DNA of 64,000 nucleotides, taken from positions 3,492,587 through 3,556,586 of the forward strand of contig CAJINV010000010.1 in NCBI GenBank assembly GCA_905178155.1. Direction: 5' to 3'. Numbering within the stretch: the first letter of the stretch is position 1; each line of letters begins with the position of its first letter. Made by a program: the position numbers and the translations under genes. The notes beneath the pieces were generated by a model. That model was not told the DNA's origin, made no database searches, and saw nothing but the letters and a program-made list of their open reading frames with translations. Source of the stretch: Amoebophrya sp. A120. Lineage: Eukaryota > Protista > Dinoflagellata. Shown here piece after piece: positions 11,401 to 22,900 of the stretch.

Positions 11401-13149
11401 TTCTTCTTCAATCGTGAATAGCAAAAATTCGTATTAGATCCCAGCAAGAGCAGCGGCGCTTGTCATGCAAGCGATGCTGTGTACGACTAGACTCTGCATC
11501 AGAAAGATTCATAATCCTTTCATGCATGACAAAAAGTTTTCATTTGGAAACTTCGCATCACAAATTATTGCAACTTTCGGGGTCGTGGAGGCATTTTTCA
11601 TTGTAATATGGTCTGAATGAAATTCTGCTGGCTGTTGTACAGATTCCAGGCGTTGGCTACCAAATGTAAAAATGTCTGGGTCTGGAAACTTGTGATGCTG
11701 GGTGGCATATCATGAGGAAGCCACAAGTGCTGGCTCAGCATGAGAAGTCTCTGAGCTTCTAGGCGTTGCCTATTCTGCATGACAAACTGCGTTTCTGCAT
11801 GACAGAAAAATGGCGCTCTTGGGTAACGTGCATGACAGATTTGAGAATCATGCCAGACACGCATGACAAACATGGACTCTTCCAGACCCAGACATTTTTA
11901 CATTTGATATTGGCGGAGGACAGTCCAAAAGGAAGTAGCGGACCTGGTGCAGAGCCGTACCTGATAGTACTCCCCGCTGGCGGTGCGGAAGTGCTGCTGG
12001 TTGGATTTGTTTTCTTCCGGAAATCGGTGACCCAGGTGGCGGACCCAGTTATCCTGAGCAAAAACGTCCCCACACCAGTGTCAAGATGGGAACTCTGCAA
12101 CACAAATGCAGAAGTTTTGGGAGTCACGCATGACAAGTTTTTCTACGGATTGTAGTGCAGGTCAGCAAGGACGACCGCATCACAAATCTATCTCCTTATC
12201 GTGTCGATAGCATAACAAATTCTGCAGCACGACTGAAAATGCCGCTCATGGGGATCCGCATGACAAGTCTCCCTGTAGATGCAATTCCGCATGACAACTC
12301 TGGGGTGGAGGCGCTTTTGCTGAGGATACCAGTGCTGCGATGGTTGCTATTTGTACTACCGCCATTCATCATCTTCGCCGAAGCCGCGGATGCGGTTAGA
12401 AATACCCCGGAAGCTGCTGTTGCGGAAGATGACGATGAAGTAGACGACAACCCCAGTAGATACGGGATTTGCTCCGTGTGCGCCTGCGAATCCCCCAGGT
12501 CTTGCTTCCAGCTGATCCCGCTCTTGTTGATCGGATTGCTATTGCTGTTGGATAAAAACGCAATCTTGTCCTCTATCTTTTGATGCACTTGATCATCACT
12601 TTGCTGGACGACAGGATCTACAGACGTTTTAGAAATTTTCTTCTCGCTGAATAAGGCACTCGGCGTGCGCGGGTCGGGGTCGGTCTCGGTTCTTATTCCG
12701 GAAGGAACTTTCTCGCCGCCAGTCAGCTCGAAAGTAGGTAAAATTTTTGAATCGTCCTTTTTAGTGGTCGCTGCGGCAGAAAAAACCGCGCCCCCTATGA
12801 CCTCCTGCGACGAAGGTTCTGTTAATGATATCTGCTCGGGATAATTATTCGTGTTGTTGTTCTTCCACTTCGCCTGTACTACATTCCGCTCGGGAAAAGT
12901 CGTGGTCCCGCCGGCAATATTTTCAAATGCTTCCGGCAGAAGCAACTTCTCTTCGTAAAAGTCCCCCAGTAACTGCTTCGCAAATCCGTTCGGCGTCTCG
13001 CCCCAGAAATTCGGCGGGCCGCCGCTACTGGTATTTTCGTTGTTTTCCTCCTTCACCGGGCTGTTGCCGCGGGAGAGAAAGGTGCTCACGGGCGAGGAGT
13101 CAGTGATGGAGTCAAGAGCAATGTTGATTTTTCCCTCGTCGTCCACCAT
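5435..13149 (-). CDS. Coiled-coil/low-complexity hypothetical protein, 5' part; 11 introners plus a GT-AG intron (9988-10165)
   Basis: ATG 13149 (MVDDEGKINIAL). In-frame joins traced: ..HRSTG|SATWVTDF..SSAN|AWNLYN..IQT|TSSPSKK..; ..LRAEGDK|IRETERRL.. Long heptad-like segments; no recognisable domain. Confidence 0.75.
5863..6124. mobile_element. Introner family A
   Basis: TIR (left end AAT); TSD ttcca. Confidence 0.9.
6189..6525. mobile_element. Introner family B
   Basis: TIR; TSD cgctc/cgttc. Confidence 0.85.
6771..7033. mobile_element. Introner family A
   Basis: Perfect about 30-bp TIR; TSD cccct. Confidence 0.95.
7069..7404. mobile_element. Introner family D with nested 120-bp insertion
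   Basis: TSD atttg; internal direct repeat ccagaacttgtcatgc at 7190-7205 / 7310-7325. Confidence 0.9.
7541..7749. mobile_element. Introner family E
   Basis: TIR; TSD ctgtc/ttgtc. Confidence 0.85.
7881..8096. mobile_element. Introner family E
   Basis: TIR; TSD tgttc. Confidence 0.9.
8174..8617. mobile_element. Introner family A with nested 180-bp insertion
   Basis: TSD ttcca; internal direct repeat cttgtcatgcatgtttt at 8214-8230 / 8394-8410. Confidence 0.9.
10516..10827. mobile_element. Introner family B
   Basis: TIR; TSD ttcta. Confidence 0.9.
11297..11608. mobile_element. Introner family H (TIR core GAAAAATGCC(C/T)CCAC)
   Basis: TIR; TSD tggtc. Confidence 0.9.
11658..11909. mobile_element. 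Introner family A
   Basis: TIR; TSD ttggc. Confidence 0.9.
12050..12328. mobile_element. Introner family C (TIR core AAAAACGTCCCCACMCCAGAGT)
   Basis: TIR; TSD ccagt. Confidence 0.9.
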
Positions 13150-14159
13150 GGCCAAGGACAAGATCAATGCCAATGGCAGCACGCGATATAGGCGTCAACA
13201 GGAAGAATGTAGGGTGCAACTTCATGTGCTTCTGCTGTTCTCGAAAAAGTAAAAGTGCATCATTCAAAAAAACCTGAAATAAAGCAGCACTAAGTAATCC
13301 TTGTTTAGTAAATAAAAATCGTGAACAATAAAAGCTGCCTGGTTTTTACTACCCAACAATCGTCCTCTTTACGCTGCTCTATCACCCCGCTTAAACTTAC
13401 TTATTCTTCTCGGACACTAATGCGCCGCACGAATCGTGTAGCAACATGTACACGACGACAACGAGGTTGTGATCTACTCTGTTGGCATTGCCTCTACGAA
13501 GATAATCGAGCACCTCCGCCACTAAACGCCCACGAAAAAGACGACTTTATTTCAGCGGCACGACCCTTACAACCTTCCTTGACCGAATCACATCACGATC
13601 GCATATCGAATTCACATTCATTCATCACAGATAGGCACCTACTTTTTGATTAAAGACGACCAGCGGAGTTGACCGGAGAGGTGCTGACGACGTTTATTTA
13701 AAAGATTTCACGAAAAGTTTTTCTGAAATGTCCACCATCTTCACGATTGAGATGACTACGAGGTCGACTATCACGCAGCTACACGACAATATTTGATGCC
13801 GGCATAAGTAGTTTCACCCACAGCAACACACGAGTAAGTAGAACAGAAGTGGCTTTGGAAATCCTCCAGACCACGTCGCCGGCTACAGGCACACAAGAAG
13901 AACCTCTTCTTACTTCCGATGTTTCATCTTTCGAAACAGACCGTAGTGAGTGTCGTCATTTTCTTGAAACAGTACATACAGCATCTAGATATGATTTTTG
14001 CTCAAAATTGTCCTCTTTACGTAAACGTTCTATCTGAAACATTAACATTCGTCTTGAACCATTCAAATCATGCAATCTATCTTACGGACATTATTTCGCT
14101 CTTCAACAACCACTCTACTAGTAGATGAGCCACCACTTTTGTACAAAAACCAATTTCCG

Positions 14160-16881
14160 TCAAGACCTCGCCACCCCCCGCCGCGAAGACCACGACGCCA
14201 CAACCCGCAGGCCCAAGACCGACACACCCCCGCCGCACACTAAAGCCAAGGGTGGGAAGAGAAACGGCGAAAACGTGTCCGCGCCTTTTTATCAACTGCA
14301 AGAGTGTCTGGGTCTGGAAAAGTGTAAACTTGTCATGCAGATTTTCCATGACCCATGAGGTCTGGACTGCGGGACTTAGCATGACAGACTCTGCGAGGTC
14401 TCTGCCATGCCTATCCTGCATGAGAAACTCCCCTCCAATTTGGTCAAAAGTGGACGGCTTTTGGCACTCACGCAACACAGATTTTTGCATGCTGCAGATT
14501 TACCATCACAAGTTGCCACCTTCCAGACCCAGACGTATTTGCAGGTGATACTTTTCGCCCCATCACGAACTCCCGAATTTGCCACACGCTCGCCAATCCA
14601 ACGAGTGCGCCGAAGAGAGACACGGCGATCGCCTTGCCGATCATGTTGACCATGTGTACGCGTAGATCAACATTTACTTCTTCCGGATGGGAACAAGAAT
14701 AAGTGGCCCAACTACGACCTGCCACCCCGCCAAGAGCCACCGTCGGCACGAGAAAAATGGCGAAGGGCCACCAATGTGCGGTCGCTGTGATCAAAAACAG
14801 CAACGCCAGCGTCTTGTGCCACTTTTTAAAAACCGTGCGAAACCTGGGGTGCTTGTTCCTAACCGCAGCCAGCCCCCCGATGGCGGCGAGGAGCAGAAAA
14901 CTGAGTAACCCCGTCAGATACAGCAGATTTTCGCCCTCGCTGAAGTTATCAAATGCAAAAATGTCTGGGTCTGGAAGAATGCAAGATTTGTCCTGCTTGT
15001 CTGGCATGACTCTTAAAACTGTCATGCACGTTACCCAAGGGCTCCGCTTTTCTGTGATGCAGAAGCGCAGCTTGTCATGCAGAATAGGCAACACCTAGGA
15101 GCTCAGAAACTTGTCATGCTGAGCCAGCATTTGTAGCCTCATCATGAGACGCCACCCAGCATCACAAGTTCCCAAACCCAGACATTTTTACATTTGATAG
15201 AAGTCGAAAATGAGCCACAGTTCCCTGCGGTACACAAACCAAACCAGCTTATGGCGTTCCCAAACAATACACTCGCAAGTGTTGCATGAATTTGCAATGC
15301 AAGAATGGCAAAAGTGAAAGAAGGAAGATTAGGATTACGCCCGCTGCGTTACAGATTTGGAACAACGGATTGTCGTTCTACTTAGCGCGACGAGAAGAAG
15401 TTGTCATGCGGAGAGGCCTTGATCATGTGAAGAGTGATAGCGTTTTTGCATGACAAATCATGTAGCAGTTGAGAATGTAACAGTTGAGAATCCCATACAG
15501 TTCGCCGCCACCGTGCAGCACCGCCCAGAAGACCGTGTTCCACGCGACAAATTATGAGAGTGCACAGCTCCCCCTCCCCCTCATTTGTCATGCAAAGTGC
15601 CAAGTCCACCCTTTGCCCTCTGGCACTGCTTGCATGACAGGTTCCCGAACAAGCCGAAACAGGACTAGAATCGGTCTGGAGTTTGTCATGCAAAAGCTGC
15701 ATCTTAGCCAGCACCTGTGTTGCTGTGGATATCACCCAAATGAGGGGGAGGGGGAGTTGTGCACTTTCATACAAACTTGTGCATCTTGAGAACCAGTGTG
15801 TGGTGACCGTGACGAGAAGCGAAAAGCATCAAGGTCGACATGGACCCGGAAATAAAGTTCTGCACTTTATTCCCCGAAACAAGAATCCGCGCGGCGAAGG
15901 ACAGGATTGCGACGAAGACAATGTGCCAGGAGAGCGGAAACGCCGCGGCGATCGCGAAGCCAATTATCCGGTGCCACACGTCCTGTGCGAAAAAGTCGCC
16001 GGTTTCGTACTGGAGCAGTGGGAGGGCGAACCAGAAAGCGGACAGGATCACCCAAGAAACTTGGATATGCAATGCAAAAGCATCGTACTAGTATAGATTG
16101 CATTACAAATTAGCCCAGCATTACAAATTGAATTTGTGATGCTGATTCACCTTGAGAAATAGATTTGTATTGCATAAACGCAACTGCTGCAAGTACGATA
16201 CTTTTGCACAGGATATTGGAAAAAACGATACAATTTTTCATTTTCTGATTGGATTTCATCGACGGCAGAGTTGTAGTTGATGTGAGGTCCTCTCGCCAGC
16301 ACACTAGTGTCGCTCGCGATCGCGTTGGCGTTAGAACTACGATTAGGAGGCTCGCCAGGAAGATTCCTCAACGCGACTGGATTTCTCGAATTTTGAAGCA
16401 GTTGCTGCTTTGATGTTGATGTTGCTTCTACTCCGTTCACACCTGAACCAACCGAAACGACAGCATCTAGATGAGTATCGCCGGGTGGCGGAGCTGCACC
16501 ATCCACAAAACCACTCCGGGGTGGCGGCGCAGCACCGGACGGCGCACGCAACCTCCAACAGTGGTGTAACATAGCGAAAATCGCTACTGGCACCGTCCAG
16601 ACGAGTAGCATCACCAGTGCGAAAGGGGTGAAACCGAGGAACATTCCTTTCTGGAAGCAGTACGGCCCGTGTTCCCCGCCGGCGGTAGTGGTGCAATTCT
16701 CCCGCGGATTCCACATGTTGCACAACCCACCGACCCCACCCACGCCGCCGACATCTTCGCCGAATCGGAAATCGAGGATAAAAACGCGGACCGGCTCGTA
16801 GACAGTGGAAACGAGGAGCAGGGACGTCCAGGCGAGTAGGGTGCAACGGTAAGAACTGGTGGGTGGAATTATCTTCCACAT
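14160..16881 (-). CDS. Multi-pass membrane protein, ferric-reductase-like transmembrane domain
   Basis: Spliced product has hydrophobic helices with paired His (LKMHKF..FWAVLHGGG; FKKWHKTL..ITATAHW). 4 introners; one intron near 15290-15480 unresolved; stop TGA at 14160. Confidence 0.55.
14290..14550. mobile_element. Introner family A
   Basis: TIR; TSD ctttt. Confidence 0.9.
14947..15199. mobile_element. Introner family A (opposite orientation to 11658-11909)
   Basis: TIR; TSD gaagt. Confidence 0.9.
15553..15771. mobile_element. Introner family D
   Basis: TIR; TSD caaat/caaac. Confidence 0.9.
16066..16215. mobile_element. Introner family F (TIR core GCAAAAGTATCGTACT)
   Basis: TIR; TSD ttgga. 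Confidence 0.9.
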
Positions 16882-18102
16882 GGCAGCTTTTTGTTTCTTC
16901 TACTCGGTTGACCAGTTCATCAAAACAAACTACTCCGAGACGACCAGCAGTATGTCCTGTATAATATTCCCGCGGCTCTGTTTTTGCTTCGTTCGAGCTA
17001 ATCAACGGCAAGGGCTTTGCTGAAACCATAATCCAGACAACTAACAGAACCCGGCGAAATTTCATTTGACCAACCGCGATTGACAGAAGAAACGCAACCG
17101 CAATTCTAAACAAAATTTGTTCGATGCCGATGTTGGGTATACCGAGCCGAGTTTTATTCAAGGGTAACGAACACTCCGTGTTTCGGCCCGCCCGCCGGCG
17201 ATCTTTGTTGCACCAAAGGCCGCGAAAAAACTAAAACGGCACTTTTTTTTTCTCCAACAATACATTCCCAGAAAAATGCTAATGTGTCACCATCTGCAGT
17301 ACGTCATCAGCACACACTTTGCGCCGATGAAGAGGACAAGTAACAAGCATAGCACTACCGGTTGACGTTGATGTGATGTCGGCTAAGGGGTGAAATAAAT
17401 ACTTATACTTCCACTTATCCTTTATTCCGGCAGCAGTTTACCCTTTTCTGTCAGGGTGGAAAAAACCTTGTTGGTGTCAATCTCTTGAGCTGCTGGTGAT
17501 CGTGAGGCCGGGAAGCCAGAGCCACAATCAAAAACGAATATGAATATGGAGAAGCTTTTGCTTTTTGCTATTCCAAAGAGGGGGGTAGGCTGGGGCAAAA
17601 ATGGCACGATAAAATTCTTTTCGATACCACGACACGGACATGGACGACGAGGTCGTCTGTAGTCCACTCGAAGCAAAGAAACATTGTATTCAGCTGCCTC
17701 TTTTACGCACTGCAGGTTATGCAGTTGTTTCAGAAAGTGAAAAAGGTAGTAACAGAGGTAAATTAATATGCCATGAAAAAGGAAGTAAGTAACAACGAAC
17801 GACCATGTAGTCAAGTACTTCTTGCTCTTTCCGCTTTTTGCTTCTGAGCATCGACGTTCTCTTGTCAGAGCGAGCGAGTTGTATTCGTTTGTACGCGTTC
17901 TGGTGGTCTGCTGGTACTTGTGAACGTCTTCACTGGCGCCTTAAGTACCCGCCTGAGTTAACCGGCCGCCTCGGCCACTGCGTCTGGGTTTGGGAAGGGT
18001 ATGGGGTTGCCGTAGTTGAGTATAGGGTACACTGCCCGATAAAAATTTTCTACAGCACTAGGGCTCCCAGTTATGGTTTCGCCTTGCTCCTGGACCGGCC
18101 CC

Positions 18103-18139
<37 letters not shown>

Positions 18140-18157
18140 GAGTAGTAGTAGTAGTAG
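18103..18157. repeat. (GTA)n microsatellite
   Basis: About 18 units, one interruption; intergenic. Confidence 0.95.
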
Positions 18158-18538
18158 CAATGTCGCCCGCTCTTTTGAATGGTGAGCAACAAATTTCGGG
18201 ATGAATTTCGAAAGGTTCTTCCGCTTACGATCCTTAAGCGCATTGCGTAACATCAGTTGTCCATTCAGGCACTTGCGCTTCGCGTAAATTAAGATGGGAA
18301 AACAAGCCTGATGTCGTCGATTCAAACACCCGTCATCGGTGTTCTTTCATGTGCGTTGTTCTTCCTTGTCTATTATATTTGCGTTTTCATTATACACATT
18401 CGTTGGTTTTGCGAAGAGCGACGCTCCTCGTCTGCTAGCGCTACAACGAGAAATGTTCGATGATTCCGGGGTCTTAGCTTGCACGAATACCTCCCCCCGA
18501 CGCTGCTGGCAAGTTTTCGCACTCAAACAAAAAAAAAA

Positions 18539-18850
18539 TCAGATGTAAGTTATACAGCCGAGAGATTCTCCGGTCCATCGGGCCTTCTTTCCCGCCTTCC
18601 CCCCCACCTTCGTCCCGGCCTTCGCCCCGGCTTTCGCCCCGGCCTTTTCCCCCGCCTTCTTCCCGGCTTTCACCTTCTTAGCGTCTTGGTCAACTCGCTT
18701 GCGGTCATGCTGGATGAAACCGGACGCACCCGCTTCGCTGCCCTCCCAGGAGTGCGTGGTGGTTCCTCCGTTCTTCTGCAACGCGGAGGCGAACGCCCCT
18801 CCCCCCGCCAAGGGGGCTGCCGCGGTGACAGCAGCAATTTTCTTCATCAT
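18539..18850 (-). CDS. Small putative secreted Lys/Ala/Gly-rich basic protein
   Basis: MMKKIAAVTAAAPLAGGGAFASA leader followed by KAGx tetrapeptide repeats (12-bp DNA repeat); intronless. Confidence 0.5.
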   Translation of the reverse strand: MMKKIAAVTAAAPLAGGGAFASALQKNGGTTTHSWEGSEAGASGFIQHDRKRVDQDAKKVKAGKKAGEKAGAKAGAKAGTKVGGKAGKKARWTGESLGCITYI

Positions 18851-19952
18851 TTTGCTGCGGTTTCTTGATGTTTCTTTCGTGCTCGAACGAATGTGCTGTT
18901 TATTCTCGGTGCGCAGAAAGATTGCCTTGAAAAGGTGCTTTCTGCGGGTGGTTCTACCTCTTCGCAGTCTTTACTAAACTTCTTCCACCTGCTTCGTGAG
19001 TCAAACTCAAAACCGGCCTCCCACAAGGAGAAAAAAATTGGAACAACTGTTGAGTTGGAAATTAAAATCGATAGATTGGTATTGAAATTAAGTATTCTCT
19101 GAATCTTCAGAAACGAAATAAAGTTATATGCAAAACTGCTTCCTATGAATCACTACGCGGCTTCACACGACACTAACGCCCTTTTCGGAATGTTACAGAG
19201 CCGTCCCCATGATATCACGGTGTACAGCACGACAACACGACAACGGTTCTTCGTACGACCGCGAACTCTGAGCACGACGAAATACCTAGACGTACGAGAT
19301 GTCCTGGATGCGTACCTAGACGTACGAGATGACTTCGAAACGAGTACTGCCTCTACCGGACGACCAAGTTCGAGCACGAACAATTTCTACAAAATTTCTA
19401 TGGATGGGCCACGATTGAAAGAAGTACAGATCTATAAATGTAAAAATTCCCGCAGAGCCGACGAAACGTACTGCCCGAGTGTCGTGCTCAACAACTACCC
19501 TAGTACGAATGACAACGAGGACGCGCAAATCTTTTCTGGACGCGCGACACAGAAACTGAATCAACAGCGTCGAAAAACGTAGAACTTCTGCACGACCATA
19601 CTAGTGCTTTCTTACGACGGAAATGGAAGGTGTTAACGAACAATCTGCTTTTTCAAAGCCAGTGACTGGAGCACGACCACGATCTGCTTCAACTTGTACA
19701 ACTACCTTTTGTAGCGTTTTCCGTTCCATATTTCAGTAGAAACATGGTTTTGCTATTGTCTAGTGGTACGTCGATGAGAACATTCTATCTTTTATTTTTT
19801 TTCCAGTAGAAAATTAAAAACTGTAGCAATCGTCATACGGGACCGAACTACTAAAATTTTCAAATGTCGCTGATTTTATTTTTGTCGTGCATGGTCTCTG
19901 CATGACCACGAACTACAACTTGCAGTTCGTCCTTTCCATCTCATGGAGGTCT

Positions 19953-22900
19953 TCACCTCCACCTCCGCTCGTTGTTCATCCTATTGCCCCCACGACCGTA
20001 GGACGACGTGTTGTTCACATGACTTCCAAACGAACCCGCCCCAAAACTCGGCGCAGCAGCAGCGTTCGCCACAAACTGTCCGCGTTTCGGTAGCGGCCGG
20101 AGCTGTGGTCGGTGCGAAGAAGTTGTGGAGTTGTAGGAGGTCACGCTGGTGGGGTTTTGGTTTTGATATTGTGCCGGAGCTGCACCAGGCCTCGTGAACT
20201 GTCGGTAGTGGTTGTTCGCGTTAAAATTTTGTTGGTTTCTGTTGTTCATTCCATGATGCCCTGGAGGATTCAGGCCTGCGCCCGGTTTCGGCGGAGGGGG
20301 GGCTTGCGGAATCTTATTGCTCATAGCTGAACTGTATCAAATGCAAAAATGTCTGGGTCTGGGAGATTGCAAGAGTTGTCATGCATATTTTGCAATCCAT
20401 AATGCCTGTAATGCATGGCCTAGCATCACAGATTCTTAGAGCGCTTCTTCATGCCTATTCCGCATGACAAATGCCATCTCCGCGGAGCGCAAAATCTACT
20501 CCCCTTACTAGTCACGCAATACAAATTTTTTTGAATCCAGAGACAGCATCACAAGTTTAGAATCTTCCAGACCCAGACACTTTTGCATTTGATAAACTGT
20601 CTCCGGGCTTTACCCTTCCCTCAATCTCCGCAATCGGGATGGGCCGCGCCTCGAAGATCTCGTCGAACAGGTCGACGTTTGTAGTCGTGTTGGCCTGTTT
20701 TGATATTACTTCATCGCTAATATCGCCGTCATCTTCCCGGTCGTAGTTTTTTCCGATGATCAGCTTCACTGCCCGGTCGATCTCATACCTCACAATCTCC
20801 CACCCGGCGCGCCTCACCGACCTGGCCGCATTGTTCGTGTTCTCTATCCTGAGGAAAATAAACGTCCCCACCCCAGAGCTGTCATGCAAATCCGCATGCC
20901 AAAAACGTTTCTCATGCGGAGCCCCAAAAGAAGCATTTTCTAATTATATTCGTATTTGGCAATTTGTGATGCTAGAATCAGCGCGGTATCCTGTATCTGT
21001 AATGCTTCTGAACTAGCTAAACAGGATCACACTACGAAGACACACTCGTCATGCGAAACAACCAAAGCTGGTGGATTTGTATAGCAGATTTCGCATCTTG
21101 ACTCTGGTGTCGGGACGTTTTTCCTCAGGATATTCTCAAACGGGTCTTCTATCCACAAGACTTCCGCCACAAAGTCCTGCCGTTCCACGACGGGTAACCT
21201 TTGTCCAGTCCTGACGGAGTATCAAATGTAAAAATGTCTGGGTCTGGAAGAATGCAACTTGTGATGCTGCATTTGGATTCCAGGAAAAATCTGTATTGCA
21301 TGAGTACCAAAAGGAATGCAATTTTTGCTACGCGGAGCGGGCATTTGTCATGCGGAATAGGCATCAAGAAGCTCTCAAAAAATCTGTGATGCTAGGGCAT
21401 GCATCACAGACATCAGGGCTCATGCAAAACATGCATGACAAGTGTCAGAATCTTCCAGACCCAGACATTTTTACAGTTGATACGGAGAGCTTGGTCTTGC
21501 GGAGCGGCGCGGCGTTCACGTCGTCGTCGCTGGTCGTCACATCGCCGTGCAGAGAGGAGGACGCCCGCTTCAGATCGTCGTTCGTCGGCAGTTGCTGGAG
21601 CCACTCGAGAAATTGCTCGAACAGAACGTGCTCGGCCAGTTTGTTCTGCTGGGGCGGTTTCGTTTTTTTATCCTCAAATGAATTTCTTCCGTCGAGTTTC
21701 CGCCGCTTCGCGTCGTTGGATTGCAGTTGGACCTTGGCGAGAGGTTTATCCTGAGTAAAAACGTACCCACGCCAGAGTTGTAATGCAGATTTGCAAAGAC
21801 AGGAAGACTTGTAATGCGCATCCCCATGAGAGCCATTTCCAATCGTGTTTTGGAATTTGTGATGCTGTGAACAGGATGAGCAGATGAATCTGTGATGCGG
21901 CTGCAATTGCTAACCTGCACTACACTGCAGAGTGCAACTTGTCATGCGTGACTCACAAAACTCCTAGGTTTGTGTTGCAAAATCCCCATCCTGACTCTGG
22001 TGTGAGTACGTTTTTACTCAGGATAAGGTTTGGTTTTTTTTGACGATTTCTTTATTTGCGACCTTTTATTGCACAGCTTCGACAGCAATTCCTTGTCCCC
22101 CCCATCCTCCTCGTCGGAGGAACTTGTAGTTACGTCCCCCTCTAGCGGTATGGACCCATCTTCGGCGCTCTCATCGTCTTCGCCATGATTCCTCAACCCG
22201 CCCAGCAGATCGATCGCTTGTGGCTTTTTCCTTTTCGGTTCTTTCCGCTCCTTCTCGACTTCACTCGTTTCTTCACCGGGTAGTAGTGCTTGGTCGCCAT
22301 GATGATGATCCGAGCCTTGTTTGTTGTTCTCTCCCTTGATGAATGCATTGCAAATATGTCTGGGTCTGGAAGGTTGCCAGGTTTGTCATGCATACTGACC
22401 ATCACCCATGATGACGTCTGCAATGCATGACCTAGCATTACAGATATTTAGAAGGCTTCCCGATGGTGCCTACTCCGCATGAGAAATGCCCTCTCCATGT
22501 AGCACAAACTAGTAGACCCCTAGCCCTTGTCATGCAACAGAGATTTTTTTAGAATCCAAAGACAGCATCACAAGTTGCATCCTTTCAGACCCAGACATAT
22601 TTGCATTCTATATGTTGTTCTGCTGCAGCTCTTCGTAACAAAGAATGTAGTCCTTCTCGATGCAGAAAAACAGGTACATATCAAAAGGAAAAATCCCCCC
22701 TCCCCATATTGAAAACCTGTGTTTCCGAAAATTTGTGTTGCTGATTTGGGGTCACAAATCGCATGCGTCTTGCAAGACGACAAGGGCAGAAGCTTCCTCC
22801 CCATTCGGGAAGCGATTTGTCATGCTGGCTGGCTTAAAGGGGAGCCGTTTGCCATGCTGAACAACTAGACCCATAAGCCCCTACCTAGCCTGGGGATCTG

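Noticed and set aside
16343-17161. 272-aa minus-strand ORF as the first exon of the membrane protein
   Set aside because: Only the overlapping frame from ATG 16881 joins the downstream exons.
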